A stretch of 64,000 nucleotides of DNA from an uncultured delta proteobacterium (GCA_963761335.1 CAVXGR010000016.1:64001-128000), one strand, 5' to 3'; positions 12,220 to 22,444 are shown, numbered from the stretch's first letter. The notes: generated by a model from the sequence alone, not told the origin. A program made the numbers and translations.

Positions 12220-12995
12220 CGGCGGTGGATGAGGTTGACAGCTCCGGTCTAGATCTCGATCGCCTCCCGCGACACGTCGCCATCATCATGGATGGCAACG
12301 GCCGCTGGGCGCAGCGCCGCGACATGTCGCGCATCGAGGGGCACAAGCGCGGCAAGGATTCGGTGCGCGCCGTGGTGGAAGCCGCCCGGCGGCTGAACAT
12401 CCCGTACCTGACGCTGTTCGCCTTCTCCACCGAGAACTGGCGGCGGCCGCGGCGCGAGGTCGATGCCCTGATGGGGCTCCTGCGGCGCTACCTGCGCACC
12501 GAGCTCAACCGCATGATGAAGAACGGCATCCGCCTGGTGGCGATCGGCGACATCGAGCGCCTCCCCAAGGAGCTGCAGCGGTTGCTCGAGGCGGACATCG
12601 AGCGCACCCGCGACAACCGCGGTATGACTGTCGCCCTGGCGGTGAGCTATGGCGGTCGCGACGACATCGTGCGCGCCGCGCGGGCGCTCGCCGAGGCGGC
12701 GCGGCGCGGCACGCTCGAGCCCGGGTCGATCACCGAATCGATCTTCGAGTCGGCTCTCGCGACGCGCGACATCCCCGACCCCGACTTGCTGATTCGCACC
12801 GGCGGCGAGATGCGCATCTCGAACTTCTTCCTCTGGCAAGCGGCCTACGCGGAGATCTACGTCACCGAGACGCTGTGGCCGGATTTCCGCGAGGCGGAGC
12901 TCTTTGCGGCGCTGGCCGAGTACCAGCGGCGCGAGCGCCGTTTCGGGCGGGTCGCCGAGGAAGTCGACCGGGGTCGGCTGCGTGCTGCGCCATAG
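12216..12995 (+). CDS. uppS: Undecaprenyl diphosphate synthase (cis-isoprenyltransferase)
   Basis: HVAIIMDGNGRWA, FSTENWRRP, DLLIRTGGEMRISNF. Confidence 0.96.
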   Translation: MTAVDEVDSSGLDLDRLPRHVAIIMDGNGRWAQRRDMSRIEGHKRGKDSVRAVVEAARRLNIPYLTLFAFSTENWRRPRREVDALMGLLRRYLRTELNRMMKNGIRLVAIGDIERLPKELQRLLEADIERTRDNRGMTVALAVSYGGRDDIVRAARALAEAARRGTLEPGSITESIFESALATRDIPDPDLLIRTGGEMRISNFFLWQAAYAEIYVTETLWPDFREAELFAALAEYQRRERRFGRVAEEVDRGRLRAAP

Positions 12996-13809
12996 ACTGG
13001 CCACCGCTGCCGTCGCCATTCCCCTCCTGCTGCTGCTCATCTACAAGGCGCCGCCCTGGGGGTTTGGCCTGCTGCTGGCGGTGATCGCCGTCCTCGGGGC
13101 GGTCGAATACTGCGGCATGGCGTTTCCCGAACGGCTCAACGAGCGCGTTCTGTTCACCGGCATGGCGGTGCTCATCGCCGTCGCCATCGCCGTCCAGGGC
13201 GCCGGCGGCCCGGCCGGGACGGGACCGTTGCGGGCGAGCATCGTCGGTGCGGCAATCACCGCCATGATCATCGGCAGTCTGCTCTGGGTGCTGATCGGGC
13301 GGTCCGATTTCGAGAACGGATTGGCCGACCTCGGCCGCGGCATCCTCGGCGTCCTCTATACCGCCTTCCTGCTGCCCCACTTCGTGCTGCTGCACTCGCT
13401 GCCGCACGGCCCCGACTGGGTGGTCTTCGTGGTGCTGATCGCCATGCTGGGGGACTCCGGCGGCTACTTCACCGGCCGCACCTTCGGCCGCCACAAGCTC
13501 TCGCCCCGCATCAGCCCCTCGAAGACCGTCGAGGGGGCCGTGGGAAGCGTCCTCGCCGCCATGCTGGGGGGCGTCGCCACCAAGCTGATCTTGCTGCCTT
13601 TTCTCTCCTGGACCGAGGTTCTGTTGCTGGCCTTCGGCCAGGTGATCCTCGGCCAGCTCGGCGATCTGTGCGAGTCGATCATGAAGCGCACCTATGGAGC
13701 TAAGGACTCCGGGCGCCTGTTCCCCGGGCACGGCGGCGTCCTCGACCGCATCGACAGCTTGGTTTTTCCAGTGGCGGCAATGTATTACTATGTGTCCTGG
13801 TTCAGCTGA
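12982..13809 (+). CDS. cdsA: Phosphatidate cytidylyltransferase
   Basis: Multi-TM; ISPSKTVEG, GDLCESIMKR..KDSG...PGHGGVLDRIDS. Confidence 0.95.
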   Translation: MLRHRLATAAVAIPLLLLLIYKAPPWGFGLLLAVIAVLGAVEYCGMAFPERLNERVLFTGMAVLIAVAIAVQGAGGPAGTGPLRASIVGAAITAMIIGSLLWVLIGRSDFENGLADLGRGILGVLYTAFLLPHFVLLHSLPHGPDWVVFVVLIAMLGDSGGYFTGRTFGRHKLSPRISPSKTVEGAVGSVLAAMLGGVATKLILLPFLSWTEVLLLAFGQVILGQLGDLCESIMKRTYGAKDSGRLFPGHGGVLDRIDSLVFPVAAMYYYVSWFS

Positions 13810-13830
13810 GGCCACCCGCAAGGAGCGTTC

Positions 13831-14910
13831 ATGATTTCGAGCATCGTGGCAGCCATCGTGGTTCTGGGAGTTCTGATCCTCATCCACGAGTGCGGCCACT
13901 TTTTCGTCGCCAAGAGCGTCGGCGTCAAGGTCCTCAAGTTCTCCATCGGCTTCGGCCCCAAGCTCTTCGGTATCCGGCGGGGCGAGACCGACTACGTGAT
14001 CAGTGCCGTCCCCTTCGGCGGCTTCGTCAAGATGGTGGGCGAGGACCCCGACGAGGAGGTCTCTCCAGAAGAGCGCGAGGTCTCCTTCGGCCAGCAGTCG
14101 GTCCTGCGCCGCGGCGCCATCGTCTTTGCCGGACCGGCGACCAATATCGTCGGTGCCTTCATCCTGTTCAGCATCGTCTTCATCGCCTTCGGCGTGCGCG
14201 TACCCAGCGAGCAGGCCAAGGTGGGCGGTCTGTCCGCGGGAATGCCGGCGGCGGCCGCCGGGCTGCAGGAAGGTGACGTTGTGAACGCCGTCGACGGCCA
14301 GCCGGTGCACAGCTGGGACGAGCTCTCCAAGGCCATCCGCGCCAGCGGCGGCCATCAGATCGCCCTGCAGGTGGAGCGCCAGGGTCAGCAGCTCCAGATC
14401 CAGCTGACGCCCAAGGAGATCCAGGACAAGACGATCTTCGGAGAGAACCTGGACACCAAATCGTACGTCATCGGCATCGAGCGCGGTCTCGACGTCGAGG
14501 AGGTGAACCCCGCGCGCGCCATTCTCATGGCCGGGCAGCAGACCTGGGTGTGGACGGAGACCATCGCCATCGGTCTCTACAAGATGGTTACCGGCAGCAT
14601 CCCCGCCCAAGACATCGGCGGGCCGCTGGAGATCGCCCGGCAGGCGGGCAAGCAGGCGAATCTCGGCTTCGAGTACCTGCTCATGTTCATGGCGGTGATC
14701 AGCCTCAACCTCGGGCTTCTCAACCTGCTGCCGATCCCCATCCTCGACGGCGGCCACCTGATGTTCCTCTCCCTCGAGGCCATCCTGCGACGGCCGCTCG
14801 ACCTGCGCTATCGCGAGCTGGCGCAGCAGGCGGGCCTCTTCATCCTGCTCGGTCTCATGGCCTTCGCGTTCTACAACGACATCCTCCGCGTCGTGCATGG
14901 TCTCGGCTAG
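13831..14910 (+). CDS. rseP: RIP metalloprotease RseP
   Basis: HECGH, one PDZ domain, NLLPIPILDGGH. Confidence 0.95.
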   Translation: MISSIVAAIVVLGVLILIHECGHFFVAKSVGVKVLKFSIGFGPKLFGIRRGETDYVISAVPFGGFVKMVGEDPDEEVSPEEREVSFGQQSVLRRGAIVFAGPATNIVGAFILFSIVFIAFGVRVPSEQAKVGGLSAGMPAAAAGLQEGDVVNAVDGQPVHSWDELSKAIRASGGHQIALQVERQGQQLQIQLTPKEIQDKTIFGENLDTKSYVIGIERGLDVEEVNPARAILMAGQQTWVWTETIAIGLYKMVTGSIPAQDIGGPLEIARQAGKQANLGFEYLLMFMAVISLNLGLLNLLPIPILDGGHLMFLSLEAILRRPLDLRYRELAQQAGLFILLGLMAFAFYNDILRVVHGLG

Positions 14911-14923
14911 CGGCACGCTTTGA

Positions 14924-15634
14924 ATGCGTGTTCTCGGGATCGACACCGCTACCTGGACGGCCAGCGTCGGCGTCGCCGACGGAGAGGCGGTGCTTGCCGA
15001 GGTCTCGCGGCGCGCGGCGCCGAGCCATGGGCTGTCCCTCCTCCCCCTGATCGAGGAGGTGCTGGCGGTGGCCGGGCTGCGGGGGGCGGATCTGCAGGCC
15101 ATCGCCGTCTCCATCGGCCCCGGATCCTTCACCGGACTGCGCATCGGCCTGAGCTCGGCCAAGGGGCTCGCCTTCGCCCTCGGTCTGGAGGTGACCGGCG
15201 TGCCCACCCTGGAAGCTCTGGCGCACGTGCCGCGCCTCGAGAAGGGGCTCGTCTGCCCGATGCTCGACGCCCGCAAGGGGGAGGTCTACACGGCGCTCTA
15301 CGAGGCGAGCGGCGGCGCGCTCCATTGCCGGCTGCCGGAATGTGCCGTCGAGATCGGCCGCTGGCTGCGCCGGCTGCCCGGCCCATGCGTCTTCGTCGGC
15401 GATGCGGTGGAGATCCTCGAGAGACAAGCGGCCGGCTCGTGGGAGGGCACGGCGCTGCCGTTCGCCGAATTTCACCCGCGCGGCGGTGTCGTCGCCTCAC
15501 TCGGGGCGCGACGCCTGGGGTGCGGAGAAGCCGGGGAGCTGGCGGCGCTCGAGCCGCGCTACCTGCGCCCCTCGGAGGCGGAGCTCGCCGAAGGAGGGCC
15601 GCGAGTCACCGAAGAGATCAAGTCAAGCGTTTGA
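14924..15634 (+). CDS. tsaB: t6A biosynthesis protein TsaB
   Basis: LGIDTAT, GPGSFTGLRIG, DARKGEVY, EPRYLR. Confidence 0.95.
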   Translation: MRVLGIDTATWTASVGVADGEAVLAEVSRRAAPSHGLSLLPLIEEVLAVAGLRGADLQAIAVSIGPGSFTGLRIGLSSAKGLAFALGLEVTGVPTLEALAHVPRLEKGLVCPMLDARKGEVYTALYEASGGALHCRLPECAVEIGRWLRRLPGPCVFVGDAVEILERQAAGSWEGTALPFAEFHPRGGVVASLGARRLGCGEAGELAALEPRYLRPSEAELAEGGPRVTEEIKSSV

Positions 15635-15723
15635 AAAATCGACGGTTTTGCATCTGGTCATTTGACAGGATGCGGTCGCTGCGGTAGTCGAACCGTGCAC
15701 CGCCGCCACATCGGAGAGTTCCC

Positions 15724-15948
15724 ATGGAAAAGAAGGAAAAGGAGCTGATCGCATCGCTGATCGATCGCGATGCCGAGCTGAAGCAGTACTACGAGGAGCA
15801 CCTCGAGCTGGAGTCGCAGCTCGACGCCTTCCAACGCAAGGCCTACCTCTCGACCGAGGAAGAGCTCGAGAGGAAGCGCCTGCAGAAGAAGAAGCTCGTC
15901 GGAAAAGACAGAATCATGGAGATCCTCGGCAAGTATCGCCAGGACTGA
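15724..15948 (+). CDS. Small coiled-coil protein, DUF465/YdcH family
   Basis: EEHLELE...EEELERKRLQKKKLVGKDRI pattern; possible promoter TTGACA (15662), 17 nt, TAGTCG upstream. Confidence 0.8.
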   Translation: MEKKEKELIASLIDRDAELKQYYEEHLELESQLDAFQRKAYLSTEEELERKRLQKKKLVGKDRIMEILGKYRQD

Positions 15949-15976
15949 TGCCGCGCGCGGCGGTGGAGAGAGATAC

Positions 15977-16492
15977 GTGCGCCACACCATATCGATTCTG
16001 GTCGAAAACGAGTTCGGCGTTCTGGCGCGGGTCGCCGGAATGTTCAGCAGCCGGGCCTTCAACATCGAGAGTCTGAGCGTCGCCGAGACACTGGAGCCGA
16101 CGGTGTCGCGCATCACGCTGGTGACCCGCGGCGACGACGCGGTGCTGGCGCAGATCAACAAGCAGCTGAACAAGCTCATCAACATCATCAAGGTGATCGA
16201 CTTCACCGACCGCTCGCACGTGGAGCGCGAGCTGGTTCTCATCAAGGTGGCCGCCGACGAAAAGACGCGCGGCGAGCTGATGAGCATCGTCGACATCTTC
16301 CGCGGCAAAGTCATCGACGTCGGCGCGCATTCGTACATCATCGAGGCGACCGGCGCCGAGGAGAAGATCAACGCCTTGCTCGACCTGCTGCGGCCGCTCG
16401 GGATCCAGGAGATCGTACGCACCGGCAGAGTGGCGATGCACCGGGGCACGCAGGTGTTGCGCGTCGCCGAGGAGAAGGAGAGGGCCGCATGA
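15977..16492 (+). CDS. ilvN: Acetolactate synthase small (regulatory) subunit
   Basis: [49 protein letters not shown]. Confidence 0.95.
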   Translation: MRHTISILVENEFGVLARVAGMFSSRAFNIESLSVAETLEPTVSRITLVTRGDDAVLAQINKQLNKLINIIKVIDFTDRSHVERELVLIKVAADEKTRGELMSIVDIFRGKVIDVGAHSYIIEATGAEEKINALLDLLRPLGIQEIVRTGRVAMHRGTQVLRVAEEKERAA

Positions 16493-17514
16493 GCGAGATG
16501 AAGATCTACTACGACAAGGATGCCGATCTGAAATACCTCCAGGGGAAGAAGATCGCGGTGATCGGCTTCGGCAGCCAGGGCCATGCGCACAGCCTCAACC
16601 TGCGCGACAGCGGCATGGACGTCGTCGTCGGTCTGCGGCGCGGCAGTGCCTCCTGGCCGAAGGCGGAGGCCGCCGGGCTGACGGTGAAGGAGACCGCCGA
16701 GGCGGTACGCGGCGCCGAGGTGGTGATGATGCTGGTCCCCGACGAGATGGGAGGCGAGATCTACGAGAATGAGATCGCCCCCGGGCTGGCGGACGGCGCC
16801 TATCTCGCCTTCGGCCACGGCTTCAACATCCACTTCAAGCAGATCGTGCCGCCGCAGACGGTGAACGTCTTCATGATCGCTCCCAAGGGCCCCGGACACC
16901 TGGTGCGCAGCGAGTTCCAGAAGGGGCGCGGCGTGCCCTGCCTGCTGGCGATTCACCAGGACCCGAGCGGCGACACCAAGCAGGTTGCCCTGGCCTACGG
17001 CAAGGCGATCGGCGGCGCCCGCGCCGCCATCATCGAGACCTCATTTCGCGAGGAGACCGAGACCGACCTGTTCGGCGAGCAGAGCGTCCTCTGCGGCGGC
17101 CTGACGGAGCTGATCCGCGCCGGCTATGAGACCCTGGTCGAGGCCGGCTACGCGCCGGAGATGGCCTATTTCGAGTGCGTCCACGAGGTGAAGCTGATCG
17201 TCGACCTGCTCTACGAGGGTGGCATCGCCAACATGCGCTACTCGATCAGCAACACTGCCGAGTACGGCGACATGACCCGCGGCAAGCGCGTCGTCGGCGC
17301 CGAGACGCGCGCCGCGATGAAGCGGATTCTCGCCGACATCCAGAGCGGCAAGTTCGCCGAGGAATGGATCACCGAGCACCGCTGCGGCAGCCCGCATTTC
17401 CGCGAGCTGCGCAAGGAGGCGGCCGGGCACCCGATCGAGCAGGTGGGCGCCAAGCTGCGCGCCATGATGCCGTGGCTGGCGTCGGACCGCCTGGTGGACA
17501 AGAGCAAGAACTGA
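16489..17514 (+). CDS. ilvC: Ketol-acid reductoisomerase
   Basis: [42 protein letters not shown]. Confidence 0.98.
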   Translation: MSEMKIYYDKDADLKYLQGKKIAVIGFGSQGHAHSLNLRDSGMDVVVGLRRGSASWPKAEAAGLTVKETAEAVRGAEVVMMLVPDEMGGEIYENEIAPGLADGAYLAFGHGFNIHFKQIVPPQTVNVFMIAPKGPGHLVRSEFQKGRGVPCLLAIHQDPSGDTKQVALAYGKAIGGARAAIIETSFREETETDLFGEQSVLCGGLTELIRAGYETLVEAGYAPEMAYFECVHEVKLIVDLLYEGGIANMRYSISNTAEYGDMTRGKRVVGAETRAAMKRILADIQSGKFAEEWITEHRCGSPHFRELRKEAAGHPIEQVGAKLRAMMPWLASDRLVDKSKN

Positions 17515-17584
17515 GCGCGGCGGCGGATACGAGCCTGCCGATGCCGGCCGAGGAGCGCACCCGCCGGGAGCGCCGCAGGAGCGG

Positions 17585-18412
17585 ATGAGCCGGGGCGTGC
17601 ACATGATCGAGGGGCGCGATCTGCGGGCGCCCCTGCGCAAGGGCGTCTATCTCCTCCCCAACCTGATCACCACGGGAGGGCTCTTCTCCGGGTTCTACTC
17701 GATCATTGCCAGCCTGCGCGTCGACTTCCAGACGGCCGCCATCTTCATCTTCGTGGCGCAGATCTTCGACGTGCTCGACGGGCGCGTCGCCCGGGTGACG
17801 CGTACCACCAGCCGCTTCGGGGTCGAGTACGACTCGATGTCCGACCTGGTGGCCTTCGGCGTCGCCCCGGGGATCCTCGTCTACCACTGGGCCTTGCAGC
17901 CCTGGGGCAGCTGGGGCTGGCTCGCCGCCTCGCTCTACGTCACCTGCGGCGCCCTGCGCCTGGCGCGCTTCAACGTGCAGTACGACAACGTCGAGAAGCG
18001 GCATTTCATCGGCCTGCCGATTCCCGCCGCCGCCGACGTCATCGCCGCCACCGTGCTTCTCTACTTTTTCCTCGGCGGTGAGGGCGCCGCCAACAAGCGC
18101 GTCATCCTCCTGCTCACCACCTACACGCTCGCCGCCCTCATGGTGAGCGGCATCCGCTACTTCAGCTTCAAGGAGACCGAGCTCTATCGGCGCCAGCCGT
18201 TCTGGATGCTGATCTTCGTCATCCTCCTGCTCAAGCTGATCATTGCCGAGCCGCAGCCGATGCTGTTCGTCGGCTGTATCGCCTATGCCGCCTCTGGCCC
18301 GGTCCGCTGGGTGCTCGTCCGCGGGCGGCGCCTGCTGCGCAGGCGGGGGGAGCCGGCGAGAGCGCCGCGCCCGCCGGCGAGACACTCGAGCCGCCGGCGG
18401 ACGACGGCTTGA
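17585..18412 (+). CDS. pssA: CDP-diacylglycerol--serine O-phosphatidyltransferase
   Basis: [41 protein letters not shown]. Confidence 0.9.
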   Translation: MSRGVHMIEGRDLRAPLRKGVYLLPNLITTGGLFSGFYSIIASLRVDFQTAAIFIFVAQIFDVLDGRVARVTRTTSRFGVEYDSMSDLVAFGVAPGILVYHWALQPWGSWGWLAASLYVTCGALRLARFNVQYDNVEKRHFIGLPIPAAADVIAATVLLYFFLGGEGAANKRVILLLTTYTLAALMVSGIRYFSFKETELYRRQPFWMLIFVILLLKLIIAEPQPMLFVGCIAYAASGPVRWVLVRGRRLLRRRGEPARAPRPPARHSSRRRTTA

Positions 18413-18446
18413 CAAGCTCCGAGAAGCGGCTTATGCCTTGAGGACG

Positions 18447-18530
18447 ATGTTCTCTCCCCAGACGAAGACCCGGTTGGAGCTCCTGGCTCTGCTGCTGCGA
18501 TGCCCGCCCGCTGCGTCTGGGGGCGCGTGA
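18447..18530 (+). CDS. Putative leu operon leader peptide MFSPQTKTRLELLALLLRCPPAASGGA
   Basis: 27 aa with 6 Leu in 8 codons (18474-18497). Lies downstream of TTGACA (18409) and upstream of terminator hairpins and leuA. Confidence 0.75.
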   Translation: MFSPQTKTRLELLALLLRCPPAASGGA

Positions 18531-18638
18531 GCCGAAGAGCCGCGCGAACTCGTCAGTAGGCGCCACGGGCGGGATTCCCCATCCGTGGCGTTCGTGTTTC
18601 TGGAAGGCCACGGCAGATCCCGTGGCCTTTGCTCTTTG
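18503..18638 (+). promoter_or_regulatory. Transcriptional attenuator: antiterminator plus two terminator-like hairpins
   Basis: T1: CGCCACGG (18561-68)/CCGTGGCG (18583-90) then TTCGTGTTTCT. T2: AAGGCCACGG (18604-13)/CCGTGGCCTT (18620-29) then TGCTCTTTG. CCCGCCCG (18503-10) is complementary to CGGGCGGG (18566-73). Confidence 0.7.
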
Positions 18639-18704
18639 CCGGGAAATGCCGTGGCGGCAGCTGGTTGAATTGGCAAAGCCGGAACAGGCATAAGGAGCTC
18701 GGAA

Positions 18705-20255
18705 ATGGAGACAGGCAAAGACACCGTACAGATCTTCGACACCACCCTTCGCGACGGCGAGCAGTCCCCCGGCGCCACTATGAACGTGGAAGAGAAGGTG
18801 GCGATCGCGCGGCAGCTGGAGAAGCTCGGCGTCGACGTCATCGAGGCCGGGTTCGCGGTTTCCTCTCCGGGAGACTTCGACTCCGTCGCCCGCGTCGCTG
18901 ACGCCGTGCGACAGCCGATCGTGCTCAGCCTGGCGCGCACGCGCCAGGCCGACATCGAGCGCGCCATCAAGAGCGTCGAGAGCGCCGCCCGCCCGGGCAT
19001 CCACGTCTTCATCGCCACCTCCGACATCCATCTCCAGCGCAAGCTGATGATGAGCCGCCAAGAGGTGATCGACGCGGCCTGCTGGGCGGTCGAGTTCGCG
19101 CGCCGGCATCTGGATTACGTCGAGTTCTCCGCCGAGGACGCCTCGCGCAGCGATCGGCAGTATCTGACGCAGATCTTCGCCGAGGTGATCAAGCGCGGCG
19201 CCGTCACCCTCAACGTGCCCGACACCACCGGCTATGCCGTCCCCGAGCAGTTCGGCGAGCTCTTCCGCTATCTCATCGCCCACACCGAAGGGGGCGACGC
19301 AGTGCGCTGGAGCGCGCACTGCCACAACGATCTGGGCATGGCCGTCGCCAACTCCCTCGCCGCGGTCGCCGCCGGCGCACGCCAGGTGGAGTGCACCGTC
19401 AACGGCATCGGCGAGCGGGCCGGCAACACCTCGCTCGAGGAGGTGGTGATGGCGATCCGCACACGCGGCGACTTCTTCGGCGTCGGCACGCACATCGCCA
19501 CCGAGCAGATCTACCCCACCAGCCGCATGCTGTCGCAGATCACCGGCATCGCCGTTCCCATCAACAAGCCGGTGGTCGGGGAGAACGCCTTCGCGCACGA
19601 GGCCGGTATCCACCAGGACGGCGTGCTGAAGGACAAGCTCACCTACGAGATCATGCGACCGGAGGACGTGGGTCTGGCGAGCAATCGGCTGGTTCTCGGC
19701 AAGCACTCCGGGCGCCACGCCTTCACCGACCACCTGAAGCAGCTCGGCATCGACCTCTACGCCGTCGACATGAACAAGGCGTTCGAGCGCTTCAAGGCGC
19801 TCGCCGACCTGAAGAAGAACGTCTACGACGAGGATCTGATCGCCATGGTCACCGAGGAGACGGTGCGCGTGCCGGAGCGCTTCGCGCTCGTCTACCTCAA
19901 TGTCACCTCCTCGAGCATGGCGGTGCCGAACGCCACCGTGAAGCTGCGCATCGACGACGTGGAGAAGCTCGACAGCGGTAGCGGCGATGGCATGGTCGAC
20001 GCCTGCTACAACGTGATCTCCAAGATCACCGGCATCACGCCCAAGCTGGAGCGCTACGCCGTCAAGGCCATCACCGGCGGGACCGATGCCCTCGGCGAGG
20101 TGTCCTGCCTGATCAACGTCGACGGCGTTACGGCGACGGGGCAGGGGGCCCACACCGACATCATCATGGCCAGCGCTCTGGCGTACATCAACGCGCTCAA
20201 CAAGCTGGAGTACCACCGCAATTCCTACCAGAAGGTCCATGTCGAAGGGCCCTGA
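18705..20255 (+). CDS. leuA: 2-isopropylmalate synthase
   Basis: FDTTLRDGEQSPG, HCHNDLG, GIGERAGN, AHEAGIHQDG, C-terminal regulatory domain. Confidence 0.97.
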   Translation: METGKDTVQIFDTTLRDGEQSPGATMNVEEKVAIARQLEKLGVDVIEAGFAVSSPGDFDSVARVADAVRQPIVLSLARTRQADIERAIKSVESAARPGIHVFIATSDIHLQRKLMMSRQEVIDAACWAVEFARRHLDYVEFSAEDASRSDRQYLTQIFAEVIKRGAVTLNVPDTTGYAVPEQFGELFRYLIAHTEGGDAVRWSAHCHNDLGMAVANSLAAVAAGARQVECTVNGIGERAGNTSLEEVVMAIRTRGDFFGVGTHIATEQIYPTSRMLSQITGIAVPINKPVVGENAFAHEAGIHQDGVLKDKLTYEIMRPEDVGLASNRLVLGKHSGRHAFTDHLKQLGIDLYAVDMNKAFERFKALADLKKNVYDEDLIAMVTEETVRVPERFALVYLNVTSSSMAVPNATVKLRIDDVEKLDSGSGDGMVDACYNVISKITGITPKLERYAVKAITGGTDALGEVSCLINVDGVTATGQGAHTDIIMASALAYINALNKLEYHRNSYQKVHVEGP

Positions 20256-20315
20256 ACCGGGCGGCGCCCCACCCGCGGGAGGGCGAGGCTCGGCGCCCGC
20301 AGATCGGAGACAAAC

Positions 20316-21410
20316 GTGAGAGTACTCGTCCTTCCTGGTGACGGCATCGGTCCGGAGGTCACGCGTGAAGCCGTCGAGGTGCTGCGCTGCTGTGCCGCGC
20401 CTTTCGGCCTGGAGCTGGACTTCGAGGAGGCGGTGATCGGCGGCGCCTCCATCGACGCGCACGGGACGCCGTTGCAGGACGCGGTTCTGCAGCAGGCGCG
20501 ACACAGTGACGCCGTCCTTCTCGGCGCCGTGGGCGGCCCGAAGTGGGACAGCCCGTCGGCCTCGGTGCGCCCCGAGCAGGCGCTGCTGCGGCTGCGCAAG
20601 GAGCTCGGTCTGTACGCCAATCTGCGCCCGGTGCGCGCCGTGGCGCAGCTGCTGCACACGGCGCCGCTGCGCCCCGAGATCGTCCGCGACGTCGACTTCG
20701 TGGTGGTGCGCGAGCTGACCGGTGGCATCTACTTCGGTCGCCCGAGTGAGCAGTCGCAGGGCCGCGACGGGCGCGAGGCGGTGGACACCTGCCGTTACTC
20801 GGAGGGCGAGATCGCCCGGCTGCTGCGCACCAGCTTCGAGCTGGCGCGCCGCCGCCGGCGCAAACTGGCCTCGGTGGACAAGGCCAATATTCTCTCCACC
20901 TCGCGGCTCTGGCGCGCCGTGGCGCACGAGATCGCCGCGGAGTATCCGGACGTCGCCTACGAGGACGTGCTCGTGGATGCCATGGCCATGCACCTGCTAC
21001 GCCGCCCGCGCGACTTCGACGTCATCGCCACCGAGAACCTCTTCGGGGACATCCTCACCGACGAGGCGTCGATGATCGCCGGGTCGATGGGGATGCTGCC
21101 ATCGGCGTCGCTGGGCGAGGAGAGCAATGCGTGTCAGCAGCCGCGGGGGCTCTACGAGCCCATCCACGGCAGTGCCCCCGACATCGCCGGGCAGGACAAG
21201 GCCAACCCCCTGGCGGCGATCCTCTCGGCGGCGATGATGTTGCGGCTGTCGCTGGGCGCGCCGGAGGCGGCCAACGCGATCGAGAGCAGCGTCGAGAAGG
21301 TGCTCGCCGGCGGAGCCCGTACCATCGATCTGGCGGCGCCGGCGGAGAGCGCTGTCGGCTGTCGCGAGATGGGCGAGCGAGTGCGGGCGGCTCTGCGGGC
21401 GGAGAGATGA
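20316..21410 (+). CDS. leuB: 3-isopropylmalate dehydrogenase
   Basis: LPGDGIGPEV, VRELTGGIYFG, DKANIL, NLFGDILTD, EPIHGSAPDIAG. Confidence 0.97.
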   Translation: MRVLVLPGDGIGPEVTREAVEVLRCCAAPFGLELDFEEAVIGGASIDAHGTPLQDAVLQQARHSDAVLLGAVGGPKWDSPSASVRPEQALLRLRKELGLYANLRPVRAVAQLLHTAPLRPEIVRDVDFVVVRELTGGIYFGRPSEQSQGRDGREAVDTCRYSEGEIARLLRTSFELARRRRRKLASVDKANILSTSRLWRAVAHEIAAEYPDVAYEDVLVDAMAMHLLRRPRDFDVIATENLFGDILTDEASMIAGSMGMLPSASLGEESNACQQPRGLYEPIHGSAPDIAGQDKANPLAAILSAAMMLRLSLGAPEAANAIESSVEKVLAGGARTIDLAAPAESAVGCREMGERVRAALRAER

Positions 21411-22402
21411 AAACCCTCGCCATCGGCATCCTCGGCGCCGCCACCCTCGTCGGCCGGGAGATGGTCGCGGTCTTGCAGGAGCGCGAGTTTCCGGTCTCCT
21501 CGCTGCGGCTGGTGGATACCGACCTCGGCGCCGGGCAAGAGGTGGAGTTCGAGGGCGTGGATGTGCTGGTGCAGTCGATCGACGAGGGGCTGGCGGGTGT
21601 CGACCTGGCCTTCTTCGCCAGCGACATGGAAACCCTTGCCGAGCATGCCGAGGCGGTCGCCGCCTCGGGGGGTGTCGTCATCGACTGCTCGGGCCACTTC
21701 GCCGCGAGCCCCGACGTGCCGCTGATCGTTCCGGAGTGCAATGCGTCGTCGCTGGAGGAGTTCCAGATCGGCCGCATCATCGCCTCACCCGATCCCATCT
21801 CCGTGGCGACCAGCACGATCCTGATGCCACTGCATGCCGAGGCCATTGTGCGCCGCGCCGTGATCACCGCCCTGGAGCCGGTGTCGCGCCTGGGCGCCGC
21901 CGGCATCGACGAGCTGAGTCGGCAGACAGTCGATCTCTTGAACGGGCGCAGCGTGGACGCCGCGGTCTTTCCGGCGCGCATCAGCTTCAACGTCATGCCG
22001 GCTCCAGACCAGGTGGATTTCGAGCCGCAACTCATCGACCAGCTGCGGCGGATTCTCGGCGAGACGCGCATCGAGCTTTCCGTCAGCCGCTTTCTGGTGC
22101 CCACGTTTTACGGCACCGGCATCTCCATGAACATCGAGCTGGAGCGGCCGCTCGATGCGGCGGAGGCGCGCGACCTTCTCCGCCAGTCGCCGGGCATCCT
22201 CACCCTTGGCAACGGCAGCGCCATGGCGCCGCTGTCGGTGGCCGATGCCGTAGGTCAGGGCGCGACTCTTCTCGGCGATGTGCGGCCCGATCCGTCCATG
22301 CCGAACGGCCTCAGCCTGTGGGCGGCCGTCGACGGTTCGCGCAAGGGCACCGCGGTCAACGCCGTGCAGATCGCGGAGATTCTGCTCCGCGATTTTCTCT
22401 GA
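21407..22402 (+). CDS. Aspartate-semialdehyde dehydrogenase-like (Usg-type) protein; catalytic residues appear substituted
   Basis: Asd-like motifs VPLIVPECN, FPARISFNVMP, RKGTAVNAVQIAE. IIASPDP stands where Asd has NPNC, and FYGTG where Asd has FxGH. Confidence 0.8.
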   Translation: MKTLAIGILGAATLVGREMVAVLQEREFPVSSLRLVDTDLGAGQEVEFEGVDVLVQSIDEGLAGVDLAFFASDMETLAEHAEAVAASGGVVIDCSGHFAASPDVPLIVPECNASSLEEFQIGRIIASPDPISVATSTILMPLHAEAIVRRAVITALEPVSRLGAAGIDELSRQTVDLLNGRSVDAAVFPARISFNVMPAPDQVDFEPQLIDQLRRILGETRIELSVSRFLVPTFYGTGISMNIELERPLDAAEARDLLRQSPGILTLGNGSAMAPLSVADAVGQGATLLGDVRPDPSMPNGLSLWAAVDGSRKGTAVNAVQIAEILLRDFL

Positions 22403-22444
22403 TCGCCGCCTCCAGTCGCAGGTGGTGCCGCCTGCCGTGCCCGC

